45,345 bases of DNA, taken from the IMG/VR virus record IMGVR_UViG_3300023291_000095, positions 1 through 45,345 of that record; one strand, written 5' to 3'. Numbering within the stretch: the first letter of the stretch is position 1; each line of letters starts with the position of its first letter. Source of the stretch: a virus. Shown piece after piece: positions 23,139 through 33,779 of this stretch. A program made the position numbers and the translations under genes. The notes beneath the pieces were generated by a model. That model was not told the DNA's origin and did no database searches. It saw only the letters and a program-made list of their open reading frames with translations.

Positions 23139-25899
23139 TACAGCTTCGCTAGTTGCAAGGGTAAAGACTGATGGTGCTGAAGCGGCTGCCAGGCAACTGG
23201 ATGACTTTGCTGCTGCTGCAGGTGCTGCCGATAGCGCCGCTAGCTCCTTGGGTGATACGGCAAAAAAAACAGGGAATGAAATATCTGGCTCAACTGAGCC
23301 TCTTTCTAACTATGCATCTATAGCAGAATCTCTTGGCAATAAAATTGCAATAATGGAAGAGGCAGCATTAAGCGGAGCTAAATCAGCAAGCGTCCTATCA
23401 TCACAACTGTCACTTTCTGCTAACGCAACACAAGATGAAATAAATAGCATAGGACAATTATCTGGTGTTCTTTATGATTTAAACGCATCAATGGATGCGG
23501 CAACTAAAAAGGAATCAGAATCTCAATCTCAGAAAAGTAAAACTGCATTGGTAATTGACCAACTGTCATCTAGATTGAGATTAATGATTGTCGCACAAAA
23601 AGAAGGTGCCACAGCAGCAGCAATACTAGCAGCACAGATGAGAGCAGGCTCTAATGCTTCAAGCGAAGAATTGGATAAAATAGCAAAACTAACAGAATCA
23701 ATCAAAGAATTTGGTGATGCTTCTGGTGAGGCTGATGAAGAATCAGGAGATGCAAGTAACGGGCTTGCTAAACTTGGTGGCAGAGCTGGTCAAGTTGGCA
23801 TGCAAGTACAAGACATGGCAGTACAGCTTGCTGGCGGAACGAATGCCTTCGTTGTTCTTGGCCAGCAGGGGTCTCAGCTAGCCAGCGCCTTTGGCCCCGG
23901 CGGTGCAGTGCTGGGTGCGGTAATTGCTGTAGCATCTGCGCTTGGTGGTGTTTTATATAAATCACTTACAGAATCAGAAGGTAGTATTGATGATGTTGAA
24001 AAAGGAAGTAGAGAATTAAGCTCATCATTCCAATCATCCAAAGACGGAACGATTGAATTTTCTGATGCTCTGGTAACGCTCAGCCAAAATGGCGATATGG
24101 CTTATGGGAGTATGATTAAGCTCTTATCACTTCAGGCAAAGCAACAACTTGAAACAACTACCAACGCCATCAAAACTCAAAGCGCTGAGTTCATTGGTAA
24201 CGGCGTAGCAGGTCAGGCTGCTGCTGCTCAGCTTGATGAGATGATTAAGAAGAACCAAGACGTTGCCAGCATCCTAAGCAACGTCAATGTGATCACCGAC
24301 GCAAGCACTGGCCAGTATGCAAGCCTTGCTGGGCAGGTTAATGACATTGCTCAAAAATATGGTGTAGCGACTGAACAGGTTTCAAACCTTCTTGTTGCTC
24401 AGCGTGAATTTAACGCGCAGCCAACTGCCGCCAATGCGCAAAAGGTTGCTGATGCAACCACAGCACTTGCCGAGGCGGCAACCAATGGTAAGAAAGAGTT
24501 GCTTGATCAGGCTGTGGCCACGCAAACACTTTCCAATAATTTATCGACATCAGAGAAACAGCTTGATGCGACTACCGCTGCGCAGAATAGGCATGGTGTC
24601 GCAGTAAACAGCACTACCAAGGCATATCAAGACCAGACTGCGCAGATCATCCGTAACCAGCAGATAGCAACGCTGAGCGATAAAGAGCGTGCAGTGGCGC
24701 AGGCGGCTGTAGACAAAGAAGCTTTCTCCAAGCGCCAGAATGTTACCGCCGAAGATATCGCAGCATATAACAAGGCTCGTGATGAGGAAGCAGCGCAGGA
24801 CGTTAAAAGAATTAATGATGCTGAGCAGAAGAAGGCTGATGCCGTCTCAAAAGCAGCACAAAAGAAAGAGGACGCACAGGCTAAGCGTGACACCACTGCG
24901 GCGGCGGCACAGAAGAAGGCAGCCGATACATTCATTGCAGGAGTGCAGCGCCAAAGTGGCGATGAGATTGCTCAGATCAACGAAACTGAAAAGCAAAAAT
25001 TAGAGCAGCTTGATAAGTTTCAGCAAGAAGGTGCTTTGAAGGCTGGCCAGTACGAGGCAACAAAAACCCAGATTCAGCTTAATGCTGCTGATGCAAGACA
25101 GGCAGAGATTGATAAGCGCAACAAAGCCCAGCGCGAGAAAGACACTAAGGGTGACGATTTCATGACGCAGATCTTGGGTCAGAATGCTACTGAATTGCAG
25201 TTGCTGGATATTCAGCAAAAGCAAAAAGAAGATAAGACTCAGGAGTTTTACGATCAGGGTTTGATAAACGAAAATGAGTATCAGCAGGCCATCGCTGCAA
25301 TCCAAAACACATATGACAAGAAGCGCGTAAATTCATACAGCGACATGCTCGGCACGACAACGGATAACCTGAGATCAGCCCTAGGTGAAGGAAATAAGAT
25401 GTATAAAGCCTTTGCCATTGCCAATGCCATCATGAACACCTATCAGGGTGCTGTGGCAGCTTTCCAATCTGCCGCTGCCATTCCTATTATTGGCTGGGTA
25501 GCTGCTCCTATCGCCGCCGCTGCTGCCATTGCTTCAGGCTTGGCAAGTGTGGCTAAGATTAGATCTGCCCGTGAGCAGGGTGGTAACTTGGCTGCCGGTC
25601 AGGCGTCAACTATCGCAGAGCGAGGCAAGGCGGAAGTCATCATGCCTGCTGGTGCTTCACGCGTTCGTACCGCTCAGCAGATGCGGCAGATTATGGGCGA
25701 GAATGGCGGTTCATCCGGCACGCCTAATGTTCAGATCGTAAACCAGACAACTGGCCGGGTTGATTCTGCAACTACTGAAAAAATAGATGAGAATAACCTT
25801 CGTGTTATCATTCGTGAAACAGTCAGTAGTGATATGGCCGACAGTAATTCATCCATTTCTAAAACTCGTCGCGGCACTCGCGGCCAGCCAGGATTCTAA
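23131..25899 (+). CDS. tape measure protein
   Basis: 922 aa, Ala/Gln/Lys-rich and helical, with a hydrophobic Gly/Ala segment near the C-terminus. Confidence 0.85.
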   Translation: MTDTASLVARVKTDGAEAAARQLDDFAAAAGAADSAASSLGDTAKKTGNEISGSTEPLSNYASIAESLGNKIAIMEEAALSGAKSASVLSSQLSLSANATQDEINSIGQLSGVLYDLNASMDAATKKESESQSQKSKTALVIDQLSSRLRLMIVAQKEGATAAAILAAQMRAGSNASSEELDKIAKLTESIKEFGDASGEADEESGDASNGLAKLGGRAGQVGMQVQDMAVQLAGGTNAFVVLGQQGSQLASAFGPGGAVLGAVIAVASALGGVLYKSLTESEGSIDDVEKGSRELSSSFQSSKDGTIEFSDALVTLSQNGDMAYGSMIKLLSLQAKQQLETTTNAIKTQSAEFIGNGVAGQAAAAQLDEMIKKNQDVASILSNVNVITDASTGQYASLAGQVNDIAQKYGVATEQVSNLLVAQREFNAQPTAANAQKVADATTALAEAATNGKKELLDQAVATQTLSNNLSTSEKQLDATTAAQNRHGVAVNSTTKAYQDQTAQIIRNQQIATLSDKERAVAQAAVDKEAFSKRQNVTAEDIAAYNKARDEEAAQDVKRINDAEQKKADAVSKAAQKKEDAQAKRDTTAAAAQKKAADTFIAGVQRQSGDEIAQINETEKQKLEQLDKFQQEGALKAGQYEATKTQIQLNAADARQAEIDKRNKAQREKDTKGDDFMTQILGQNATELQLLDIQQKQKEDKTQEFYDQGLINENEYQQAIAAIQNTYDKKRVNSYSDMLGTTTDNLRSALGEGNKMYKAFAIANAIMNTYQGAVAAFQSAAAIPIIGWVAAPIAAAAAIASGLASVAKIRSAREQGGNLAAGQASTIAERGKAEVIMPAGASRVRTAQQMRQIMGENGGSSGTPNVQIVNQTTGRVDSATTEKIDENNLRVIIRETVSSDMADSNSSISKTRRGTRGQPGF

Positions 25900-25901
25900 A
25901 C

Positions 25902-27314
25902 ATGAGCGATCTGCGCTTTCCTGCAACTCTTAAGCCAATAGTGAACAAAGGATACTCATATACGCGTGGCAGCAATGTCTACCGTAATGCAGTGACTGGT
26001 GGTCTGCCACGTCAGGGCCGTGATACGTACTTTGAGCCGGTGCCTTTTTCATTGACGTTGGTTACCTCTGCACTTGGTAATCAGGCATTTCAGTCATTCC
26101 TGAATAACATTCATGGCGGCGCTGATTCCTTTATCATGCCGCTTGATAGCGGTCTCGGCATTCAGGATCACCAATGCATCATTACCAGCACTGTCAATAT
26201 TGATTCTGATGATGGCAAGAACTGGACTATCGCCTTTACCATTACAGCCGAGCGCACAGCAATTCAGGAGGATACCTGCCTTACGGCGAACCTCCCTGAT
26301 TTATTTGGGTGCTATGGGGACTGCCTGGCATCATTTCTGAAAACATATGGCGTGTATGAAACTACATTTCCGCGTATCTGGAGTGATGAAGGTCCGGCTG
26401 GTTATCCGCCAATCAATATGCAGGCACAAGATTTGGATGGGCGTATCGTATATTCAGGCCCTTCTATTAACTATCTGAATAACGCAGGGTTGCTTGCTGC
26501 ATCAGCGGTGAATGAATGGCCTTTGCAGTTTGTTGGCGGAATGGCTGTTGGCAGGGTTGCGCCTGAATCATCGGCTGAAAATTCATTATTTTACAGCCAA
26601 GATTTTACAAACACAGCAAACTGGGCAGGGACAACAACTTCAAGGGGCGCAGGAAGCTCATCACCTTCAGGTTCAGGAAGTGGACTCAAGATCACGCCGC
26701 TTTCATCTGGCTCATCTTCACGTCAAATCGGACAGAATGTTCAGGCAACATTAAACGCTGGCGAGACATGGTCTTTTAGCGTATTCGCTAAAGCCTCGGG
26801 TTATAACATACTCCAGTTTGTCTGGGCGGCAGGAGCCACGGGAATAAACACCGGTTATATAAACTTTGATCTAACTACGCTTTCATTGGGTAACCCAAGC
26901 GCATTTGATGCCAAAGCTACTTCCGTTGGTAACGGCTGGGTTTTGTGTCAGGCGTCAATACCCATAACCGGAACCGCAGCAAGCAAGACGTTTGCTATTG
27001 GCATTGTTCCATCTATTTCAAGCGTGCGTTCCGTAGCATGGGCCGGCGATGGAAACAGCGGAATAGAGTTTTGGGCTGCTCAAGCAGAGAAAGGGAGCAA
27101 GGCTACAAGCTATATTCCATCTATCGGCGCAGCAGTATCAACAAGGCCCGCCGCATCAGCTAGCGTCTTCATGAATGGTGCAACAAGCATTGACATAACC
27201 TATTCAGATGCTTCAGTTGTGAATGTAGCGGCGGTGAGTGATTACGCGCCAATCCCTCAGGCAAATGCGGCATGGGGTTCTAAATTTATCACGCGCATTG
27301 ATTTCAATGTATAA
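25902..27314 (+). CDS. distal/minor tail protein with C-terminal carbohydrate-binding-like extension
   Basis: 470 aa, first gene after the tape measure. A Ser/Gly linker is followed by a beta-rich C-terminal half. Confidence 0.55.
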   Translation: MSDLRFPATLKPIVNKGYSYTRGSNVYRNAVTGGLPRQGRDTYFEPVPFSLTLVTSALGNQAFQSFLNNIHGGADSFIMPLDSGLGIQDHQCIITSTVNIDSDDGKNWTIAFTITAERTAIQEDTCLTANLPDLFGCYGDCLASFLKTYGVYETTFPRIWSDEGPAGYPPINMQAQDLDGRIVYSGPSINYLNNAGLLAASAVNEWPLQFVGGMAVGRVAPESSAENSLFYSQDFTNTANWAGTTTSRGAGSSSPSGSGSGLKITPLSSGSSSRQIGQNVQATLNAGETWSFSVFAKASGYNILQFVWAAGATGINTGYINFDLTTLSLGNPSAFDAKATSVGNGWVLCQASIPITGTAASKTFAIGIVPSISSVRSVAWAGDGNSGIEFWAAQAEKGSKATSYIPSIGAAVSTRPAASASVFMNGATSIDITYSDASVVNVAAVSDYAPIPQANAAWGSKFITRIDFNV

Positions 27315-27323
27315 GGGATTGGT

Positions 27324-27839
27324 ATGAGTGAAGACAGCGTAATAGCAGCATACAAATTAAAACTTGCCTCCAACCCTGAAGGGCAGATGGACTTTGAGAC
27401 GGTAGAAATAACGCACTCGCTGCTGCCTCAAAGATATCTTTTGGTTATCGGAACCACTGACCTGACTGCTACTCTTGAGACTGGAGAGGTGGTTACATTC
27501 ATTGGTGTTCCAATGGAGATTCAGGAGGGAGGTAACAACAATGATACAGATCAGCAAGCATCATTCACTCTCCCTGATATCGGAAACGAGCTTGATGATG
27601 CAATGGATAAAATACCGCTTGGCAACGAAGAGTCGCCAGTATTTATATTCAGGTCATTCGTAAGCACCGATCTCAGCTATCCTGCGCGCGGACCAGTCAC
27701 ATATGACCTGCAATCACTATCTCAGAGTAAGGGCGTGTTTACTGCTGATGTAGGCGTGCCACGCCTGAATGAGCGCCAGACTGGCATCCTAATGACACCT
27801 CAGGTCATTCCACTTCTGCGCGGGATACTGGCGGCATGA
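27324..27839 (+). CDS. minor tail protein (L-like)
   Basis: 171 aa in the L position of a lambda-like M-L-K-J order. Confidence 0.55.
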   Translation: MSEDSVIAAYKLKLASNPEGQMDFETVEITHSLLPQRYLLVIGTTDLTATLETGEVVTFIGVPMEIQEGGNNNDTDQQASFTLPDIGNELDDAMDKIPLGNEESPVFIFRSFVSTDLSYPARGPVTYDLQSLSQSKGVFTADVGVPRLNERQTGILMTPQVIPLLRGILAA

Positions 27840-28201
27840 ATATTAATGATTATACTGGCCTGCCGTATGACTTCCGTAAGCGTAATTGCTGGCATCACGT
27901 CAGGAATGTGCGTGCAGATGCCGGAATAGAGACGCCAGAATTTGATGTTATCAGCCCGGCAAAGGCGGATGAAATGTTTGATTCAGGTCATGCTGATAGC
28001 AAAGGACTTGTGAAGGTGGATGATCCGCAAAACTACGACGCCGTGCTCATGGGTATCAGACACGCAGGAAGAATAGTCTGGCATTCAGGCGTTTACTATG
28101 ATGGTTGCGTGAGTCACTGTGAGCGTGCCGCGAAACAGGTTAAGCTTGAACAACTAAGTGATATTATTAAGAGATATCCCAACATAGAGTTCTGGCGATA
28201 A
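27836..28201 (+). CDS. NlpC/P60-type tail tip protein (K-like)
   Basis: Contains Cys in RNCWHHV and His in VWHSGVY, spaced as in NlpC/P60 enzymes. Confidence 0.65.
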   Translation: MNINDYTGLPYDFRKRNCWHHVRNVRADAGIETPEFDVISPAKADEMFDSGHADSKGLVKVDDPQNYDAVLMGIRHAGRIVWHSGVYYDGCVSHCERAAKQVKLEQLSDIIKRYPNIEFWR

Positions 28202-28213
28202 GAGGATTTTACC

Positions 28214-30793
28214 TTGCCGATAGTCCACCACCTGGCACGTAATGCCGAAGGCGGTTTCGACCGCAAAAAATACCGCATGTCTCCAATGGAGTTTGTCATT
28301 GCGCACATTCCAGATGGAACTCCATTCCAGATTTTTATTGAAGAAATCGGCGATGACAATGATGTTACTGAAGATTTTGAGGCGCTAAAAGAAAACGCAG
28401 AATTCTTTGTTGTCGAATCCGTTGGCGGAGGCCTGACAAATAGCTTTGCATTTAAGTTATTCATCGACCCGCTAGGCGTCACAAAGCAGATCATGAAGCT
28501 TATTAGCCCGCAGGCTGCCACATCAGGCATTGCCAGTAATTCGCAAGGCAGCAGTCCAAATAACAGCCTTACAGATCGCACAAACAAAGCGCGCCCATAT
28601 GAACGCAGCTATGATATTTGTGGCACAGTACAAAGCATTCCTAATGACCTGATGACAACTTATAAAAAATACAATGCATCAGGTGATGTTATTGAATATG
28701 GGTTCTATGACGTTGGCAGAGGGCCGCTTTATACCCCAGCAAGTGGCATCACTGATGGCGACACTTTACTCAGTGAGATTACAGGTTCATCTGCCGCCGT
28801 ATATAGCCCTTACACATCCCCAAATAGCGGGGATGCGCCACAACTCCAGATTGGGGATGTAATAACTGAAGGTCTTTACATCACGCTAGCATCCAACGAG
28901 GTAGATGGTGCTGAGCTTAAGGCAGCTAATGACCTTGCGGTTAACGTAGGCGATTCTTCTACTGCCAGCTTTAATTCCGCATTGATGCTAGGAACTATCA
29001 GCGATCCCACTGGGGACTCTGGCTACGATGACTATATCCGGGTAGGAAGCCTGGCGGTTTTAACTGGCATCGTATGTGACACTCCAGGGAGTGGAACTGA
29101 GGCAATTCTTAGTGGAACGTATCCAGTCGTAAGCGTCAGCAGTGTAGATTTGGTTTTGGACGTGTCAGGAAATAGCACTGAATGGGCTGAGATGGGTTCG
29201 GTAACCTACCCAGTGCAATCATCTGACAATTCAACCATTGGCCCAGCAGATCCGGTTCCATTGAGTTATACAGACTGGTTTTCAGTTAGTGCCACAAAGA
29301 CTCAGCGCGTAGTAGGTAACTTCGGCGCAAGCAGTGGCATGTATAAGGACAACGGGAATAGAAAGGTTAAAGCCGCGGTAACCATTGAACTTCAGTACCA
29401 GGCAATGGATGAAAGTTCAAATCCTGTCGGACCTGTATACTCTGCATTTGGAACGGTGTCTGGCAGATCCTCAGATCAGACAGGCGTGACAATAGTAGGC
29501 GAATTGCCAAATGAAACTTATTTCAGAGCAAGGGCACGCCGCGTTACAGATAAGGATCTATCATTCAACGGACAGGTTGTTGACGATGTTACATTTGATA
29601 ATCTTTATGGGCAAACTCAAGACACCACCCATGATTATGGTGACAGGACCACAATTCATACCGCCCGCAGACAGACTCCGAGAGCGACATCAATAAAAGC
29701 ACCAAAACTGGCGCTCATCGTTACTGAGATGATTTATAAATATCTTGGGAATGGCGTGTTTGATACATCATTAACAACCAATAATAAGGCAATACAATCA
29801 CTAATCAGGCTTCTGAGAGATCCTGTTTGCGGCAACCTTAATTTAACAACATCTAACATGGACAAACTTATAGCCGTACAGAATGAGATTGAAGAGTATT
29901 TTGGTTCAGATCTTGCTGGACAGTTCTGTTACACGTTTGATTCATACGATGCAACCATGCAAGACATTATCAGCATTATTTCAGATGCAATATTTTGTAA
30001 GTCATACCGTGAAGGTAGCGCAGTATTGCTCGATTTTGACAGGCCACGCATAGGCCCTGAGATGGTATTTACTCATCGCAGTAAGGCCACGGGCGAGAAG
30101 TGGACGAGGAACTTTAATACTAAAGATCGTTATGATTCTTTGAAATTCAGCTATATCGATCCTGACACCAACATCAAAGAGACTATCACAATACCTGCTG
30201 ATGGAGGCCTTAAAACTGATACATACGATTCAAAAGGGATCAGAAACTATCAGCAAGCCTATTGGGCTGCCTATCGTCGCTATCAGCGTAACACACTCAA
30301 CAGAGTTGCGATTGAGTTCACTGCGATGGAGGAGGGGATATTTGCGCGTCCAGGCAGGGCTATTAGCGTTGTAAAAGGTTCGCGTGTTTCTCCTTTCGAT
30401 GGTTATGTAGTCGCGGTTGATGGACTCACCTTAGTTCTATCACAAAATGTGCAATTTGTTGATGGAGATGATCACTCATTAATCCTCAAAAAACGTGATG
30501 GGTCAGTGCAAAGTGTTGGTGTGGTTCGTGGTCATAATGATAGAACGGTGATTATGACATCAGCGCCGCAAGAAGCTATTTATGTCGGGAACAGTGCGCT
30601 GAAGACTGAATTTTCATTCGGCAATGAAGAAAGGCATAATGCTCAGATGGTAGTTGTCTCAACAGTTGAGCCTGGGAGTGACAGGACTGTAAAAATAACT
30701 GGCTATAACTATACAGATGATTACTACGCTTATGATGGTGTTGCGCCTTTCGGCTCGGCATTTTCCAATGGGTTTGATAGCGGTTTCGCTTAA
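28214..30793 (+). CDS. tail tip / host specificity protein (J-like)
   Basis: 859 aa with a TTG start after an AGAGGA SD (alternative ATG at 28277). The call rests on position and size. Confidence 0.7.
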   Translation: MPIVHHLARNAEGGFDRKKYRMSPMEFVIAHIPDGTPFQIFIEEIGDDNDVTEDFEALKENAEFFVVESVGGGLTNSFAFKLFIDPLGVTKQIMKLISPQAATSGIASNSQGSSPNNSLTDRTNKARPYERSYDICGTVQSIPNDLMTTYKKYNASGDVIEYGFYDVGRGPLYTPASGITDGDTLLSEITGSSAAVYSPYTSPNSGDAPQLQIGDVITEGLYITLASNEVDGAELKAANDLAVNVGDSSTASFNSALMLGTISDPTGDSGYDDYIRVGSLAVLTGIVCDTPGSGTEAILSGTYPVVSVSSVDLVLDVSGNSTEWAEMGSVTYPVQSSDNSTIGPADPVPLSYTDWFSVSATKTQRVVGNFGASSGMYKDNGNRKVKAAVTIELQYQAMDESSNPVGPVYSAFGTVSGRSSDQTGVTIVGELPNETYFRARARRVTDKDLSFNGQVVDDVTFDNLYGQTQDTTHDYGDRTTIHTARRQTPRATSIKAPKLALIVTEMIYKYLGNGVFDTSLTTNNKAIQSLIRLLRDPVCGNLNLTTSNMDKLIAVQNEIEEYFGSDLAGQFCYTFDSYDATMQDIISIISDAIFCKSYREGSAVLLDFDRPRIGPEMVFTHRSKATGEKWTRNFNTKDRYDSLKFSYIDPDTNIKETITIPADGGLKTDTYDSKGIRNYQQAYWAAYRRYQRNTLNRVAIEFTAMEEGIFARPGRAISVVKGSRVSPFDGYVVAVDGLTLVLSQNVQFVDGDDHSLILKKRDGSVQSVGVVRGHNDRTVIMTSAPQEAIYVGNSALKTEFSFGNEERHNAQMVVVSTVEPGSDRTVKITGYNYTDDYYAYDGVAPFGSAFSNGFDSGFA

Positions 30794-30804
30794 GAGGAAT
30801 AAAT

Positions 30805-32745
30805 ATGTCTAGCGGATGCGGTGATGTAATTTCACTTGAAGATTTAAGAATTGCTAAGTTACATCAACTTTTTGAAGCAGAGGTTATCACTGGCCTTCAG
30901 GGCGGAGTTGCTGGTGGTGCTAGCATTGACTATGCAACTAACCAGGTAACTGGTCAGGTGCAAAAAACAATGCCTGCCGTTTTGCGTGATGCTGGTTTCA
31001 GGCCTGCATCATTTACCTTTACTACTGGCGGTACGTTAGGTGTTAACGATGCTGATATAGCTGTTCTGTGGCCTATTGCGTCTGGCGGTGATGGTAATTA
31101 TTACTATTGGAAGGGATCGCTCCCTAAAGTAATCCCAGCCGCATCAACTCCTGCAGGGACGGGTGGTGTGTCTGATTCTGCATGGAAACCTATAGGAGAT
31201 GTGACGCTTCGCACTAATCTTATAACTTCAGGATATGGTTATCTTGTTGACGATAGCAACATTAAAGTTATGCAACCTTCATCTGGTGGCATATCAAGAT
31301 CACAGAATGATAAAAACATGGAATCCATGTCTGTAAAAGATTTTGGTGCGGTTGGTGATGGCATTACAGATGATACTGGAGCTATTCAGGCTGCATTTAC
31401 ATGGGTTGGTGGTAGCGGTTTGGGGCGCGTACTCATCATTACAGCAGGTCGCTACCTCCTAACTAACAGCATTAAAGTTAATACAGCCAATGCCACAATG
31501 ATCATTCAAGGAGATGGCAGATCTGTTACTACGTTTGTATGGGCATCTACTGCATTAAGCCATGGGTTTTCATTTGGTGATACTATTCCGTTTAATACTT
31601 TATCCATTGGCGGAATGTCACTGAATACGAAATTAGTAAATTCATCAGCCGCTATATATGCTAAAGCTAATGGCAACACACCAAATTCATTATGTGTTTA
31701 CGACATGATCGCCTATGGAGATGGTTTGCTAGGCACGGCGTCTAATGGTTACTTTGGCGGCGGCATGGTACGCGCTATTGACACCAATGCCCCACTGTTT
31801 CAAGATTTAGTTTTTTATGGTGTTGATGGAAGTCGCGCTAACTTTAATCTTGTTTCTTCTGGTATTTATGTAGAATCGTTAAACTTCATGTCTTTAGTAC
31901 CAAGATTAGTTAACGTAGCATGTTCGTATGTTGGTTATGGCATGTTTTTTGACAGCGTTCATGTTGCAGGTATTGAAGGGATTGTTATGGACGGATGCAA
32001 TGCCATGTGTACATATGGCATTAAAATAACCGCTCAAAATGCAACCAACCCAGCATATAGCCCGCCACAAGCAAATATTTCAAAGACTCAGGTTGAGTTT
32101 TTTGATGTTGGTTTCGATATGAATCATATTAGTGCTATTACTATTGATTCATGCACACTGCTGCATCGTCCAGACTCGGCGTCATTGGGAACTGCAATTA
32201 ACCTAACTGATGTATCAAGGGGGACAATAACTAATAACTATATAGAACAGAGACCAGCAGCAGATCTAAATGGAATTAATGTTGTAGGAGCAAGTTATGG
32301 CATTACTTGCACTAACAACACCTTTGACATTCGCACTGGCAGCACGTGCATTATATTTACTGGAACTTCTTATAATTGTTCTCAGTACCTTAACAAATGC
32401 GTAAACACAGGCGCCCTGTATGCAAACCTATCTACACAGGCTGCAACTAATACACAGAATTCATATAACTCTGCTGGGCAGTTATCAACATCGTTAACTG
32501 ATGGAACGGTAATGAAGGCAGGATCAGCAGTCATAACTACAAGTGCTGGTGGTGCTTTTGGAGTAACATTTAGCGCGCCATTCCCAAATAATAATCTGAC
32601 AGTTGTGGCGTGCAATGGCGACTCCGCATCAACGACAAACCCAGTGGTTATAACTACCAAAACAGTTAATGGCTTTACTGGTGTATTTGTTGGCAGTGGT
32701 TCTGGTGCCACAGTAAGAGTCAACTTCTACGCTATGGGAAGTTAG
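30805..32745 (+). CDS. tailspike 2 with pectate-lyase-type beta-helix (depolymerase candidate)
   Basis: Contains VKDFGAVGDGITDDTGAIQAAF and has a longer N-terminal anchor domain. It is the last late gene. Confidence 0.8.
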   Translation: MSSGCGDVISLEDLRIAKLHQLFEAEVITGLQGGVAGGASIDYATNQVTGQVQKTMPAVLRDAGFRPASFTFTTGGTLGVNDADIAVLWPIASGGDGNYYYWKGSLPKVIPAASTPAGTGGVSDSAWKPIGDVTLRTNLITSGYGYLVDDSNIKVMQPSSGGISRSQNDKNMESMSVKDFGAVGDGITDDTGAIQAAFTWVGGSGLGRVLIITAGRYLLTNSIKVNTANATMIIQGDGRSVTTFVWASTALSHGFSFGDTIPFNTLSIGGMSLNTKLVNSSAAIYAKANGNTPNSLCVYDMIAYGDGLLGTASNGYFGGGMVRAIDTNAPLFQDLVFYGVDGSRANFNLVSSGIYVESLNFMSLVPRLVNVACSYVGYGMFFDSVHVAGIEGIVMDGCNAMCTYGIKITAQNATNPAYSPPQANISKTQVEFFDVGFDMNHISAITIDSCTLLHRPDSASLGTAINLTDVSRGTITNNYIEQRPAADLNGINVVGASYGITCTNNTFDIRTGSTCIIFTGTSYNCSQYLNKCVNTGALYANLSTQAATNTQNSYNSAGQLSTSLTDGTVMKAGSAVITTSAGGAFGVTFSAPFPNNNLTVVACNGDSASTTNPVVITTKTVNGFTGVFVGSGSGATVRVNFYAMGS

Positions 32746-32750
32746 AAACA

Positions 32751-32768
32751 AAGCCCCTCGCGGGGCTT
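32751..32768. terminator. bidirectional terminator between the late operon and the leftward accessory operon
   Basis: AAGCCCC-tcgc-GGGGCTT followed by a T-rich tract. Confidence 0.75.
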
Positions 32769-32953
32769 TATTCTTTATTGCTGCCTCTGATGATGCATTT
32801 GGTAATGACGGTTACTGTGGCGTTATCAGGGGCCATTTCTGCTATTGCTGACTGAGCATCACGGCACGCTTTCTTGCCATAAAATACCATAGGGTCGTGA
32901 TATTCCATGTGGCCGTTTGATGAGATGAGCATAACAAGCAATACCCACTGCAT
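32768..32953 (-). CDS. small secreted/membrane protein (61 aa)
   Basis: Hydrophobic N-terminus MQWVLLVMLISS and two Cys residues. TAATG overlap with the upstream gene. Confidence 0.5.
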   Translation of the reverse strand: MQWVLLVMLISSNGHMEYHDPMVFYGKKACRDAQSAIAEMAPDNATVTVITKCIIRGSNKE

Positions 32954-33120
32954 TATTTTCCACCTGACTTGCCAAACATACGATCAAGGTGTTTGTTTTC
33001 GTTAACGTTTGGGAAACTATTACGTCCGATCACATCTGCTTTTGTTGGCTCTTTGATGCGCTTGCGCGCAGAAAGCTCAGCGTTACCAGTAGCAGGAAGG
33101 TTATTCAAATAGTCGCTCAT
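32953..33120 (-). CDS. hypothetical protein (55 aa)
   Basis: Hand-translated as MSDYLNNLPATGNAELSARKRIKEPTK... It is coupled at both ends and is not in the ORF track. Confidence 0.4.
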   Translation of the reverse strand: MSDYLNNLPATGNAELSARKRIKEPTKADVIGRNSFPNVNENKHLDRMFGKSGGK

Positions 33121-33335
33121 CGTGCTTTACTCCCTTCATCAAAACCTTTATTGAATGCCTTCAGATACTCACCAGAAAACGGCGCTGAAGTATCTTTGTA
33201 GTTCTTTATGGCTACAGATGCATGATGGCCAGCAAAGAATGCCAGGATGTATGGTGCTGATTCATTATAGTTTGTCACTGCCTGTTGCTTGCGATACTCA
33301 GGGTCGTGCAGATATTCAATGCTAACCTTGCTCAT
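33117..33335 (-). CDS. hypothetical protein (72 aa)
   Basis: ORF with ATGA-type overlaps. Confidence 0.55.
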   Translation of the reverse strand: MSKVSIEYLHDPEYRKQQAVTNYNESAPYILAFFAGHHASVAIKNYKDTSAPFSGEYLKAFNKGFDEGSKAR

Positions 33336-33520
33336 TTTGTACCTCGTATATTTGATATTTCTATTGCCTTATCTATGCGCCCATCCATGTAAGCGGCATA
33401 TACTATGATCTTCACACTTTCAATGATCGCATCTTCCATTTCCTGCGTTGCACCAATCGACTTCATCAAAGCAGAAACATTGAAAACTGCATCATTAACG
33501 ATTCGTTCTCTGCTGTTCAT
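33332..33520 (-). CDS. hypothetical protein (62 aa)
   Basis: ORF with overlaps on both sides. Confidence 0.55.
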   Translation of the reverse strand: MNSRERIVNDAVFNVSALMKSIGATQEMEDAIIESVKIIVYAAYMDGRIDKAIEISNIRGTK

Positions 33521-33696
33521 ATTGCATCCACCATAACTGGCTGTACTGGAACAACATAGCCATGCTTATACCAGTACCTTGCCAATTTCTCTGCGATTAA
33601 TGCGCGTGGTCTGCTATCGAAAGTGCCGACACTGACCAGTTTTGCACCGAGATGCACGCGCCCGATGAATCGGTTGTTGTAACGTTTTTGTGTCAT
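33517..33696 (-). CDS. small AP2-like DNA-binding domain protein candidate (59 aa)
   Basis: FIGRVHLGAKLVSVGTFDSRPRALIAEKLA resembles the AP2/ERF-type fold pattern. ATG 33696 has a GAGGTGA SD. Confidence 0.4.
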   Translation of the reverse strand: MTQKRYNNRFIGRVHLGAKLVSVGTFDSRPRALIAEKLARYWYKHGYVVPVQPVMVDAI

Positions 33697-33697
33697 A

Positions 33698-33778
33698 TTA
33701 ATCACCTCTAAAGACTATGCTGACAACAAATAAAACCAGACCTATTAGGAGAACAGCAATCGACATGTAGCCTGACAT
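33698..33778 (-). CDS. possible 26-aa transmembrane peptide
   Basis: MSGYMSIAVLLIGLVLFVVSIVFRGD fits exactly between neighbouring stop and start codons. Confidence 0.3.
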   Translation of the reverse strand: MSGYMSIAVLLIGLVLFVVSIVFRGD

Positions 33779-33779
33779 A